Part shown: positions 16,472-25,196 of the stretch, in pieces
How positions within the stretch are numbered: the stretch's first letter is position 1
Layout: each line of letters starts with the position of its first letter
NCBI GenBank assembly: GCA_046095145.1
Contig: JBJTIV010000118.1
Coordinates: forward strand, 1 to 37,431
Direction of reading: 5' to 3'
DNA: 37,431 nucleotides
DNA from: Planctomycetaceae bacterium
Lineage (GTDB): Bacteria; Planctomycetota; Planctomycetia; Pirellulales; UBA1268
Translations under genes and position numbers: made by a program
The notes under the pieces: model-generated
Database searches by the model: none
What the model saw: only the letters and a program-made list of their open reading frames with translations
Told to the model about the DNA's origin: nothing

Positions 16472-17983
16472 CTACTCCGCGCGGTCTCGTCGCGCGGCGG
16501 CCTCCGCAGCGGCCGCCTTGGCCGCGGCGGCTTCCGGCGGCGCTTGCTGCGCGGACGGTCGACCCCGCGACGCCACGATGCCGACGCTGATCACCGTCGC
16601 GAGGCTTGCCACGGCCGCCGCGATCCACGTCCAGCGGGGCAGGCTGGCGATCCACCGCAGCGGGCCGCGCGGGCCGGGCTGCGCCGCAGGGGTGGTCGGC
16701 GACTGCACACTGATGACGCGGCCGGTCACGCCCGGCTTGGGACCCGGCAGCGAGGGCCGGATGCCGCTGCGTCCCGCGCCGGCCGTCGGCCCGAACACGT
16801 GCGAGCCCAGGCCGATGCCGGAACTCCCCGCCCGCTGGCCGCCGCCTGACGCGGGCGGCCGCGGCGGCGCGGGCCACACGCCCGAACCACCGGCCGACCC
16901 CGGCGCCCTGCGCGGCGGGCTCAGCGGGGCCGTGGCCTGTCCGGCGCCCGAGGCTCCCAGCCAGGCGCCCAGCACGTCGGCCACCTCGCGGGCGGTCTGG
17001 GGGCGGGCCGCCGGATGCTTCTCCAGCATCCGCGAATAGAGCTCCACGATCTGCGGCGGCAGGTCGGGCCGGTCGTCGAGCGGGTTCGGCCGGCTCTGCT
17101 TTTGATGGGCCAGGATCCGGTCGGCGAGCTTGCCGCCCGAGAAGGGCACCCTTCCCACGAGCAGGTAGTAGAGGGTGCAGCCCAGCGAGTAGATGTCGGA
17201 CCGGGCGTCGGCCTTGTGGCTGTCGACGGCCTGCTCGGGGGCGAGGTAGTCGGCCGTGCCCAGGATCCTCTCGTCGTACTCCTTCGTCAGCGACCCGTCG
17301 TCGTCCCCGGCGCCGGCGAGGGCCAGGCCGAAATCGAGGATCTTGACGACGCCGCGCCGGTCGAGGATCAGATTGGCGGGCTTGATGTCGCGGTGGATCA
17401 CGCCCTCCTCGTGCGCGTACTGCAGGCCCAGGGCCGCCTGACGCACGTAGTCGGCGGCGTCGCGGACGTCCAGCGGGCCTTCGCGCTTGACCTTGGCGTG
17501 GAGATCGATGCCCTCGATGTAATCCATCACGAAGTAGTGGATGGAGCCCGACGTGCCGCTGTCGGTGGCCCGGACGATGTTCGGATGGTCGCGGAGCCGG
17601 AAGGCCTCGCGGGCCTCCTGTTCGAAACGGGCGAGGTACGAGGTCTTCTCGACGTGCTTCACCGGCAGCACCTTGATCGCCACCTTGCCGTGGAGGTGGA
17701 CGTGCTCGGCGAGGTAGACGCTGCTCATGCCGCCGGCGCCGAGCAGCGTGAGGAGCCGGTAATTGCCGAGCGTGAAGCCCTTGTGCTTTCCCTTGCGGAG
17801 CTGGTCGACCTGCCACTGCGTGAGCAGCCCGCCGTCCACGACCGCCCGCACGAGCGCCTCGGGGAGCGGCTGGGAGCCGTCGGTCCACGCGGTGCATGCC
17901 GCCGCCAGCCGATCCTCGGCGACAAGGCCGCTCTTCCTCACGACGGCCAGGAAGTCGTCGATGGACTTGACGGGTTCGGCCAT
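16472..17983 (-). CDS. Membrane-anchored Ser/Thr protein kinase
   Basis: The Hanks kinase motifs GAGGMSSVY, AIKVL, HRDIKPANL, DFG and APE are present. A Pro/Gly-rich linker and a C-terminal TM segment (WIAAAVASLATVISVGIVA) follow. Confidence 0.92.
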   Translation of the reverse strand: MAEPVKSIDDFLAVVRKSGLVAEDRLAAACTAWTDGSQPLPEALVRAVVDGGLLTQWQVDQLRKGKHKGFTLGNYRLLTLLGAGGMSSVYLAEHVHLHGKVAIKVLPVKHVEKTSYLARFEQEAREAFRLRDHPNIVRATDSGTSGSIHYFVMDYIEGIDLHAKVKREGPLDVRDAADYVRQAALGLQYAHEEGVIHRDIKPANLILDRRGVVKILDFGLALAGAGDDDGSLTKEYDERILGTADYLAPEQAVDSHKADARSDIYSLGCTLYYLLVGRVPFSGGKLADRILAHQKQSRPNPLDDRPDLPPQIVELYSRMLEKHPAARPQTAREVADVLGAWLGASGAGQATAPLSPPRRAPGSAGGSGVWPAPPRPPASGGGQRAGSSGIGLGSHVFGPTAGAGRSGIRPSLPGPKPGVTGRVISVQSPTTPAAQPGPRGPLRWIASLPRWTWIAAAVASLATVISVGIVASRGRPSAQQAPPEAAAAKAAAAEAAARRDRAE

Positions 17984-17989
17984 GCGGCC

Positions 17990-17995
17990 ATGGTA
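17990..17995 (-). promoter_or_regulatory. -10-like hexamer TACCAT, 6 nt upstream of the kinase ATG (candidate leaderless promoter)
   Basis: It is a rare AT-containing hexamer with the same geometry as the ones in front of atpZ and surE. Confidence 0.25.
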
Positions 17996-18058
17996 CCAAG
18001 GGCCGTGCGGCGGCCGGCCGGGCGGGTGAAGGCCGGGGACGGCGTCGCCCGCGTGATG

Positions 18059-18595
18059 TCAGAGCCCGAGGTTCAGGCCGCGGTCGTGGAGAGCCGCGAT
18101 CAGGTCGGCCGCCGAGGTGAAGACCTCGGCGTCCCAGCCCGCGGCACGGGCGCCGGCCACGTGCTCCGGCAGGTCGTCGGTGAAAAAGATGCGCTCCGGG
18201 GCCACGCCGGCCGCCGTTGCGGCGGCGGCGAAGATGCGTTGGTCGGGCTTCGCCGCGCCCACCTGGAAGCTCAGCACGATTCGCGACACGGCGCCCGTGA
18301 GGCAGGCCCACCCGCCGGCTCGGAGGTGGTCCCAGTGGATGCCGCAGGTGTTGGAGAGGATGCCGAAGGGGCAGTGGATCCGCTCGAGCCCCGCGAGCAC
18401 GGGAATCATGTCGGGCTTGAGCGTGAACATGTCGCTCGCGGCGCGACCGAGCGCCGCAGGATCGCTGGTCGTGCCGGTCCGACGGCTGAACTCGGCGTGA
18501 AAGCCGGGCCAGTCGATGCGGCCGGCTTCGAGGTCGGCCTGGAGGCCGCCCGCCATGACCACCTCCTCGACGCGGCCGGCGGTCGCGCCCGACAC
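18059..18595 (-). pseudogene. YihX-like HAD-IA phosphatase body lacking its N-terminal catalytic motif I in this orientation
   Basis: Motif II (GILSNT), motif III (Lys in GAAKPDQRIF) and motif IV (FFTDD) are present, together with the cap region GRVEEVV...EAGRIDWPGFHAEF. The nucleophile motif DxG/DxV is missing. The frame has a TGA six codons upstream of the GTG at 18595. Confidence 0.8.
18572..18595. repeat. Left inverted repeat of the putative invertible segment
   Basis: Its reverse complement, GTGTCGGGCGCGACCGCCGGCCGC, matches 18732..18754 (GTGTCGGTCGCGACCGCGGCCGC) at 22 positions, with one mismatch and one 1-nt indel. Confidence 0.8.
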
Positions 18596-18731
18596 GGCAA
18601 GATAGTATCCTCACGCGGGGATTGGAAACCTCCGAAGCTGTATGGCCAGGCGTCCTGAATTCGTCTTCCTGGACCTCGGGAACGTGCTGTTCGCGTTCGA
18701 CCGGGCCCGGGCCTTCCGGCAGATGGCGGCG
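18596..18731. other. Putative invertible DNA segment (136 bp) carrying the HAD phosphatase start codon, motif I and upstream leader
   Basis: The segment is bounded by the 23/24-nt inverted repeats. Flipping it joins [30 protein letters not shown] in frame to VSGATAGRVEEVV... and yields a complete 208-aa HAD protein. Confidence 0.65.
18642..18731 (+). pseudogene. Detached 5' end of the HAD phosphatase gene (30 codons with motif I), currently in frame with ilvD
   Basis: [14 protein letters not shown] is the YihX-type motif I (compare E. coli YihX IFDLGNVIVDIDF). It continues through a 16-codon linker ([16 protein letters not shown]) into the ilvD ATG at 18780. Confidence 0.8.
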
Positions 18732-18754
18732 GTGTCGGTCGCGACCGCGGCCGC
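18732..18754. repeat. Right inverted repeat of the putative invertible segment
   Basis: See the entry for 18572..18595. It encodes VSVATAAA here, compared with VSGATAGR for the partner on the minus strand. Confidence 0.8.
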
Positions 18755-18779
18755 TCCCCAAGGACCGTCCCGGCCGCCC

Positions 18780-20462
18780 ATGACGACCCTCAATCGCACC
18801 AGCGCCCGCATCACGCAGCCGCGGTCGCAGGGCGCCTCGCAGGCGATGCTCCTCGGCACCGGCCTGCAGCCGGCCGACCTCGACAAGGCCCAGGTCGGCA
18901 TCGCGAGCATGTGGTACGAGGGCAATACGTGCAACATGCACCTCGACCGCCTGGCCGCGAAGGTCCGCGAGGGGGTGGTGGCGGCCGGCCTCGTGGGCAT
19001 GCGATTCAACACGATCGGCGTGAGCGACGGCATCTCCATGGGCACGGAGGGGATGAGCTACTCGCTGCCCTCCCGCGACGTCATCGCCGACTCGATCGAG
19101 ACGGTGATGCACGCCCAGTGGTACGACGCCCTGGTGGCGATCCCGGGCTGCGACAAGAACATGCCGGGCTGCCTGATCGCGATGGGCCGGCTCAACCGGC
19201 CCGCGCTCATGGTCTACGGCGGCACGATCAAGGCCGGCCACCTGGCCGACGGCACGCCGCTCGACATCGTGTCGGCGTTCCAGTGCTACGGCGAGTACGT
19301 GGCCGGCCGCATCGACGATGCCCGACGGGCCGACGTGGTCCGCCACGCCTGTCCCGGCGCCGGCGCCTGTGGCGGCATGTACACGGCCAACACCATGGCC
19401 ACCGCGATCGAGGCCCTGGGCATGGCCCTGCCCGACAGCGCGTCGATTCCCGCCGAACACCCCGACAAGCTCCAGGAATGCCTGCGGGCCGGCGCCGCCG
19501 CGCGGCACCTGCTCGAGCGTGATCTCAAGCCACGTGACATCATGACCCGGCGGGCCTTCGAGAACGCCATGGTGACCATCATGGCCCTGGGCGGCTCGAC
19601 GAACGCCGTGCTCCACCTCATCGCCATGGCCCGCGCCGTGGACGTCGATCTGGGGCCGGCGGACTTCCAGAAGACCGCGCGGCGCATCCCCTACCTCGCC
19701 GACCTCAAGCCCAGCGGGAAGTTCGTGCAGGAGAACCTGCACGCCGTCGGCGGCACGAGCGGCGTCATGAAGTACCTGCTGGACAAGGGTCTCATGGACG
19801 GCGACTGCCTGACCGTCACCGGCAAGACCCTGGCCGAGAACCTCGCCGCCCACGCGGGGCTGGCGGCGGGGCAGCAGGTGATCCGGCCGGTGGAGAACCC
19901 GATCAAGAAGACGGGCCACATCACGATCCTCCACGGCAACCTGGCGCCCGGCTCCGCGGTGGCGAAGATCACGGGCAAGGAGGGCTCGCGGTTCCGCGGC
20001 CCGGCCCGCGTGTTCGACAGCGAGGAGGCGATGCTCGCCGCGCTCGAGCAGGGAGGCATCCGCCGTGGCGACGTGGTCATCATCCGCTACGAGGGCCCGA
20101 AGGGCGGGCCGGGCATGCCGGAGATGCTCACCCCCACCTCGGCACTCGTGGGCGCGGGCCTGGGGGCCGACGTCGCCCTGATCACGGACGGTCGCTTCTC
20201 CGGCGGCTCCCACGGGTTCATCGTCGGTCACGTCGTGCCCGAGGCCCAGGACGGCGGGCCGATCGCCCTGGTGCGCGACGGCGACGTGGTGGTCATCGAC
20301 GCCGACGCGGCCACGCTCGACGCGGAGGTGGGGGCGGAGGAGTTCGCCCGCCGGCGGGCCTCGTGGAAGGCGCCCGCGTCGAAGGCGACCCGCGGCATCC
20401 TCGCCAAGTACATCCGCTGCGTGGCGCCGGCCTCGCGCGGGTGTGTGACCGACGAAGCCTGA
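18780..20462 (+). CDS. ilvD: Dihydroxy-acid dehydratase
   Basis: [29 protein letters not shown]..., [21 protein letters not shown] and the C-terminal [16 protein letters not shown] are collinear with the ~560-aa IlvD type. I take ATG 18780 as the native start, although the ORF is open from 18642. Confidence 0.93.
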   Translation: MTTLNRTSARITQPRSQGASQAMLLGTGLQPADLDKAQVGIASMWYEGNTCNMHLDRLAAKVREGVVAAGLVGMRFNTIGVSDGISMGTEGMSYSLPSRDVIADSIETVMHAQWYDALVAIPGCDKNMPGCLIAMGRLNRPALMVYGGTIKAGHLADGTPLDIVSAFQCYGEYVAGRIDDARRADVVRHACPGAGACGGMYTANTMATAIEALGMALPDSASIPAEHPDKLQECLRAGAAARHLLERDLKPRDIMTRRAFENAMVTIMALGGSTNAVLHLIAMARAVDVDLGPADFQKTARRIPYLADLKPSGKFVQENLHAVGGTSGVMKYLLDKGLMDGDCLTVTGKTLAENLAAHAGLAAGQQVIRPVENPIKKTGHITILHGNLAPGSAVAKITGKEGSRFRGPARVFDSEEAMLAALEQGGIRRGDVVIIRYEGPKGGPGMPEMLTPTSALVGAGLGADVALITDGRFSGGSHGFIVGHVVPEAQDGGPIALVRDGDVVVIDADAATLDAEVGAEEFARRRASWKAPASKATRGILAKYIRCVAPASRGCVTDEA

Positions 20463-20476
20463 CCGGGACAGCGAGC

Positions 20477-21664
20477 ATGCCCGTCCTCGACTGGATCAGC
20501 CGCCGCGTCTTCGACGCGGTGCACCGCAACAACCTGGTCTACAACACCTGCTGGGAGGATCCACGGCTCGATCGCGAGGCCCTGCGGCTCGGGCCCGCGG
20601 ACGACATCGTCGTGATCACGTCGGCGGGCTGCAACGCCCTCGACTACGCCCTCTGCGACCCCCACCACGTCCACGCGGTGGACATGAACCCGCGGCAGAA
20701 CGCGCTGCTCGACCTCAAGCAGGCCGGCATCCGGGGGCTCGACTTCGACGAGTTTTTCCGAATGTTCGGCGAGGGGCGGCTGCCGGGTGTGCGGCGCGTC
20801 TACCAGCAGAAGCTGCGCGGACTCCTGCCCGAGCCGTCGCGCGGCTTCTGGGACGCGAAGATCTCCTGGTTCGACAACCCGCGCTGCAGCTTCTATTTCC
20901 GCGGCACGTCGGGCCTGTTTGCGCGGATGGCGAAGGCCTACACCGACCGCGTGATCAAGGTCCGGCCGTACCTCGAGCAGCTCGTCGAGGCGCAGAGCGT
21001 GGAGGAGCAGCGGGAGATCTGGCAGCGGCACCTGCGGAACCGGTTCACCGGGCTGCTGCGGTTCGTGCTCAACCGCGACACGACGATGGCGTTGCTCGGC
21101 GTGCCCCTGGCGCAGCGCCGGCAGATCGAGGCCACCTATTCCGGCGACCTGGCCCGGTTCGTGCAGGAGTGCCTGCAGGGCGTGATCGCCGACCTGCCGA
21201 TGCGCGACAACTACTTCTGGCGGGTCTACATCAACGGCGCCTACGCGCCGGCCTGCTGCCCGGAATACCTCGTCGAGTCCAACTTCGACCGGCTGAAGGC
21301 GGGTCTCGTCGACCGCGTGACCACGCACACCGACTCGGTGCAGGGATTCCTCGAGAAGCACGATCGGCCGGTCAGCCGCTTCGTGCTCCTCGACCACATG
21401 GACTGGCTCCGCGACCGGTTCTTCCCGTTGCTCGAGAGCGAGTGGCAGGCGATCGTGGACCGGGCCGCTCCCGGGGCCCGGCTCATCTGGCGGAGCGGGG
21501 GCTTCAACAGCGATTTCGTGAAGGAGGTCCGCGTCACGGTGGACGGGCGGCAGCGGCTGGTGGGCGACCTGCTGGAGTTCGACGACGACCTGGCGAAGCG
21601 GCTCCACCCGCTCGACCGCGTCCACACCTACGGCTCGTTCACGATCGCACGGTTCAAGGGCTGA
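20477..21664 (+). CDS. BtaA-like (DUF3419) S-adenosylmethionine:diacylglycerol 3-amino-3-carboxypropyl transferase family protein
   Basis: The 395-aa protein shows LVYNTCWEDPRLDREAL, VITSAGCNALDY and DHMDWL, which match my recollection of the BtaA/DUF3419 family. It starts 14 nt after ilvD. Confidence 0.7.
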   Translation: MPVLDWISRRVFDAVHRNNLVYNTCWEDPRLDREALRLGPADDIVVITSAGCNALDYALCDPHHVHAVDMNPRQNALLDLKQAGIRGLDFDEFFRMFGEGRLPGVRRVYQQKLRGLLPEPSRGFWDAKISWFDNPRCSFYFRGTSGLFARMAKAYTDRVIKVRPYLEQLVEAQSVEEQREIWQRHLRNRFTGLLRFVLNRDTTMALLGVPLAQRRQIEATYSGDLARFVQECLQGVIADLPMRDNYFWRVYINGAYAPACCPEYLVESNFDRLKAGLVDRVTTHTDSVQGFLEKHDRPVSRFVLLDHMDWLRDRFFPLLESEWQAIVDRAAPGARLIWRSGGFNSDFVKEVRVTVDGRQRLVGDLLEFDDDLAKRLHPLDRVHTYGSFTIARFKG

Positions 21665-21700
21665 GTTTTCACGGCACACGCGTGATAGCCCAACCGGCTC

Positions 21701-21830
21701 GGGGCTGCCCACACCCTCTCGCCGGACGCTCGCTCCGGTCATCCTGACCTGCGCTCGCTCGGAGACGTCTGCGCTTCGGCATCCTGCCTGCGCTGGCCGT
21801 CTACGCCGTCTCGAGGGGATGGGCAGCCCC
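21701..21830. repeat. Copy C of the ~130-nt structured palindromic repeat
   Basis: The termini GGGGCTGCCCA and TGGGCAGCCCC are a perfect 11-nt inverted repeat. Hairpins lie at 21737..21749 and 21778..21788. It sits between the convergent 3' ends of the btaA-like gene and the secreted-protein gene. Confidence 0.85.
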
Positions 21831-21841
21831 TCGCCGGCGCG

Positions 21842-22750
21842 TTACCGCGAGCCCGGCACGGGGAGCGACTCGATCGGCACCGCCGGGCCCGGGGCGATGA
21901 CGGCCCCGGGAGGCAGTTGCTCCGGCGGGATCGGAACGCCGTAGACCGGACCGGGCGTGACCGCCGGCGCCGCCGCGGCCCCGGATGGCGCGACGCCGTC
22001 GGGGGGCTGGTAGTAGGGCTCCGGCTGCGCGAGCGGCGCCACGCCGAGCTTGGCCAACAGCCGTGAGAGCATCTTCTGTTCGAGGAGCGGGTCGCGGCCT
22101 TGGGGGATCCACCCCATGTTGGGCGTGGGCGCGGCCACGGGCCGCGGCTGGTCGCCCACCTGCTGGCCGAGCGTGGGCAGCGGCGTGCCGTAGCGGTAGA
22201 GCGAGTCGTCGTTGCGGAACGAGGCGCCGCCGGTCGTGGCCCGCATCGGGCGGGCGAGGTATTCGAGCTCCTTGTTCACCACCACCTCGATCCGCCAGCC
22301 GCCCGGGTCGGGGATGAGCCGCATGGTGCCGATCCGGCGGATCGACTGGAGCGTGGCCTCCCAGCGCTCGTCCCAGCCCACGGAGTCGCCGCGCCAGGGT
22401 TCGAGGATCGTGGCGCCGGTCTGCGGGAAGGTGTCGATGCGGCCCTCGGTCGGCACGCCACCGGAGAACACGACCCGCTGCTCGGAGTGGATCTTGAAGA
22501 AGTCGTCGCAGACGTCGACCATCTGCGTCCACACCTGTTCCGCGTCGAGCGCCGGGATCACCGCGGAGCTGCGGGGTACGGCCGGCAGCGGCGCCACCAC
22601 CGGGCCGGCCGGGCCGGGGACCGTGCCCTCGGGCAGCGGCACGAACGGGTTGGCCTGCGGGACCGCCGCGGGAGCCGGCAGGGGCTCCTGCGCGCGGCCC
22701 GTGACGGCGAGCGCCGCGAGCACGGTCACCAGGCTCGCCATCCGGGCCAT
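21842..22750 (-). CDS. Secreted hypothetical protein with Pro-rich termini
   Basis: The signal peptide is MARMASLVTVLAALAVTGRAQE. The central region has high GC3 and a globular composition. I recognise no family. Confidence 0.7.
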   Translation of the reverse strand: MARMASLVTVLAALAVTGRAQEPLPAPAAVPQANPFVPLPEGTVPGPAGPVVAPLPAVPRSSAVIPALDAEQVWTQMVDVCDDFFKIHSEQRVVFSGGVPTEGRIDTFPQTGATILEPWRGDSVGWDERWEATLQSIRRIGTMRLIPDPGGWRIEVVVNKELEYLARPMRATTGGASFRNDDSLYRYGTPLPTLGQQVGDQPRPVAAPTPNMGWIPQGRDPLLEQKMLSRLLAKLGVAPLAQPEPYYQPPDGVAPSGAAAAPAVTPGPVYGVPIPPEQLPPGAVIAPGPAVPIESLPVPGSR

Positions 22751-22852
22751 CGCCGCAGCCTCCTCGGCTCCACCGAGGGACGCCCCGGCGGGGTCGGGAG
22801 GATGGGGAAAGCCGGGCCGCCGCTCAAGGCCAAAAACGGCCCGGGCCGGGCG

Positions 22853-23527
22853 TCATTCGGCGGCCAGCCGGGCGGCGAGTTCCTCGAACCGCCGCGCGAA
22901 CCGGGCGTGGGAGGAGTGGACGTGCTCGCCCTGCGAGATCACGCGGAGCCGGTCGTCGCGGCCCAGGCCGCGGGCCCGGAGGATGCGCTCGAACGGCAGC
23001 CGCGACGGCGCGTAGACCACGAGCAGCTTGTGCTCGTCGAGCTGCACCTCCAGCGATGCCTCCGGATGCATCACGGCGATGCCGGTGCAGCCATCGTCGA
23101 GCAGCAGGTCCTCGAACTCCCACAGCAGGCTCTCGAGCACCAGCCGCTCGACGCCCTCCCGGGAGCGGGAGACGGTGCCGGCCGCCCCCTCGTGGGTCGA
23201 GTCCAGCACCACGTCGCAGGTGTCCCCGAGGGGCGCGAGCAGCTCGAGGAACGTCTCGAACAGCTCGTCCGCGGAGACGGCCGCCACGAGGGCGGGCAGC
23301 CGGGAGGCGCCGTGGGGATCGCTCCAGGCGTCGTGGCGGTAGCCGGCCCGGGGCACCACGTCGAGCCGCCAGCCCGGACGGATGGCGTCGGTGAGCGTGA
23401 AATCGCCGTAGCGGCGCCGGGCCATGTGGGCCGCGAACGCCTCGTCGTCGGGGAGCGTGATCGGATCCTCGGGCACGGACACGGCGCGGAGGATCGGGCT
23501 GCTGGAGGTCTCGTCGATGATGCGCAT
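22853..23527 (-). CDS. Hypothetical cytoplasmic protein (224 aa)
   Basis: I chose ATG 23527 ([10 protein letters not shown]...) because upstream the frame becomes antisense-like and overlaps the guaB 5' region. It has a coding-like composition and I recognise no family. Confidence 0.6.
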   Translation of the reverse strand: MRIIDETSSSPILRAVSVPEDPITLPDDEAFAAHMARRRYGDFTLTDAIRPGWRLDVVPRAGYRHDAWSDPHGASRLPALVAAVSADELFETFLELLAPLGDTCDVVLDSTHEGAAGTVSRSREGVERLVLESLLWEFEDLLLDDGCTGIAVMHPEASLEVQLDEHKLLVVYAPSRLPFERILRARGLGRDDRLRVISQGEHVHSSHARFARRFEELAARLAAE

Positions 23528-23672
23528 GGGTGGGTCGCGGGAGGTGGTGACGACTGCGGTCGGCGGCCGCGGGCTGCGATCCGCGGCGGACACCACAAGG
23601 GTAGGACACGGTTTCGCGCCGTGCGGGATCGCGCCACGGCGGCCGCGGAACCCCCGTCCGCCGCGGCGGTCG

Positions 23673-23702
23673 TTGCCCGCGGCCGGCGTCGCACCGCATA
23701 AT
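23673..23702 (+). promoter_or_regulatory. Candidate sigma70-type promoter for guaB (TTGCCC - 18 nt - CATAAT)
   Basis: Both hexamers were read directly. The -10 element ends 30 nt before ATG 23733. Confidence 0.3.
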
Positions 23703-23732
23703 CCGTGGTTTTTCGCCCCGGGGACGCCGTGC

Positions 23733-25196
23733 ATGGACGGGAAAATCGTTGCGACCGGCATCACCTTCGACGACGTCCTCCTGCTCCCGCGCCGGTCGGC
23801 CGTCGTGCCGACCGAGGTGGACGTCGCCACCCGGCTGACGCGGAACATCGGGCTCAACATCCCGGTCGTCAGCTCGCCGATGGACACCGTCACCGAGAGC
23901 GAGATGGCCATCGCGCTGGCCCAGGAGGGCGGCCTCGGGGTGATCCACAAGAACCTGCCGGTCGAGCGGCAGGCCGAGGAAGTCGACAAGGTCAAGCGGA
24001 GCGCCAACGGGATCATCATGGATCCCGTCACGCTCCCGCCGTCCGCCACCGTGGCCCGGGCCCGCGAGGTGATGGATCAGCACAACATCTCGGGCGTGCC
24101 GATCACCACCGAGGGCCGCCGGCTCGCGGGCATCATCACCCGCCGCGACCTGCGCTTTCTCGACAGCGGCGAGACGCCCATCGCGGAGATCATGACGAAG
24201 TCGGGCCTCGTCACCGCCACCGGCACCGTCTCGCTCGACGAGGCCGAGAAGATCCTCATGGCCAACAAGGTGGAGAAGCTCCTGCTCGTCGACGCGCGGG
24301 GGCTGCTCACCGGCCTGATCACGATCAAGGACATCGACATGATGAAGCGGTTCCCCAACGCCTGTAAGGACCGGCAGGGCCGGCTGCGGGTGGGGGCCGC
24401 GGTCGGCGTGTTCGACGAGGAGCGGGCGGAGAGCCTCATCGCCAAGGGGGTCGACGTGCTCGTGGTCGACAGCGCCCACGGCCACTCGGCGAACGTCATC
24501 GACACCGTCGTGGCGATCAAGCGACGCTGGGAGATCGAGGTGGTTGCGGGGAACGTGGCAACCCGGGAAGGCTGTCGGGATCTCATCGCGGCCGGTGCGG
24601 ATGGAGTCAAAGTTGGGATCGGTCCCGGGTCGATCTGTACGACACGGGTCATCTCCGGCGTGGGCGTGCCCCAGATCACGGCGGTCTGGGACGCGGCGCA
24701 GGAGGCGGCTCGCGCCGGCGTGCCGGTCATCGCCGACGGAGGCATCCGCTACTCGGGAGACATCACCAAGGCGATCGCCGCGGGCGCCCACTGCTGCATG
24801 ATCGGTGGGCTGCTGGCAGGCGTCGCGGAAAGCCCGGGGCAGACGGTCCTCTACCAGGGCCGCACCTTCAAGGCCTACCGCGGCATGGGATCGCTCGGGG
24901 CGATGGTCCAGGGCTCGAGCGAGCGCTATCGGCAGGGCGGACGCGGCGGCGACAAGCTGGTTCCGGAGGGAGTCGAGGGTCGGGTGCCCTTCAAGGGGCC
25001 ACTGAGCATGTTCGTCTACCAGCTCGTGGGCGGCCTGCGGGCCGGCATGGGCTACTGCGGCACGCGGACCATCGAGGAACTCCGCAACGACTCGCGGTTC
25101 ATCCAGGTTTCGGCGGCCGCCGTGAGGGAGAGCCATCCGCATGACATCGCCATCACCCACGAGGCGCCGAACTACTCCGCGGCGGAGCATCCGTGA
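23733..25196 (+). CDS. guaB: IMP dehydrogenase
   Basis: [10 protein letters not shown], a CBS pair insert, the catalytic loop [11 protein letters not shown] and GGIRYSGD support the call. The protein is 487 aa. Confidence 0.95.
   Translation: MDGKIVATGITFDDVLLLPRRSAVVPTEVDVATRLTRNIGLNIPVVSSPMDTVTESEMAIALAQEGGLGVIHKNLPVERQAEEVDKVKRSANGIIMDPVTLPPSATVARAREVMDQHNISGVPITTEGRRLAGIITRRDLRFLDSGETPIAEIMTKSGLVTATGTVSLDEAEKILMANKVEKLLLVDARGLLTGLITIKDIDMMKRFPNACKDRQGRLRVGAAVGVFDEERAESLIAKGVDVLVVDSAHGHSANVIDTVVAIKRRWEIEVVAGNVATREGCRDLIAAGADGVKVGIGPGSICTTRVISGVGVPQITAVWDAAQEAARAGVPVIADGGIRYSGDITKAIAAGAHCCMIGGLLAGVAESPGQTVLYQGRTFKAYRGMGSLGAMVQGSSERYRQGGRGGDKLVPEGVEGRVPFKGPLSMFVYQLVGGLRAGMGYCGTRTIEELRNDSRFIQVSAAAVRESHPHDIAITHEAPNYSAAEHP

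Noticed and set aside
15666-20231. A 1521-aa minus-strand ORF, the longest in the track
   Set aside because: It runs antisense to surE and ilvD and in alternative frames across the kinase and HAD genes. Its composition is Arg/Gly/Pro/Ala junk with no motifs. This is a typical stop-codon-poor artefact of ~70% GC DNA.
18642-20462. The 606-aa ORF as a native HAD-IlvD fusion protein
   Set aside because: Only 30 residues of the HAD fold are attached. The rest of that HAD gene lies on the other strand 47 nt away, and the junction coincides with an inverted repeat. IlvD homology begins exactly at the internal ATG 18780.
22826-22852. A possible intrinsic terminator after the 224-aa hypothetical gene (minus strand CGCCCGGCCCGGGCCGTTTTTGGCC)
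   Set aside because: The GGCCCGGGCC palindrome leaves no loop. The only foldable stems are 4 bp or place the T5 run inside the loop, so this is not a convincing rho-independent terminator.
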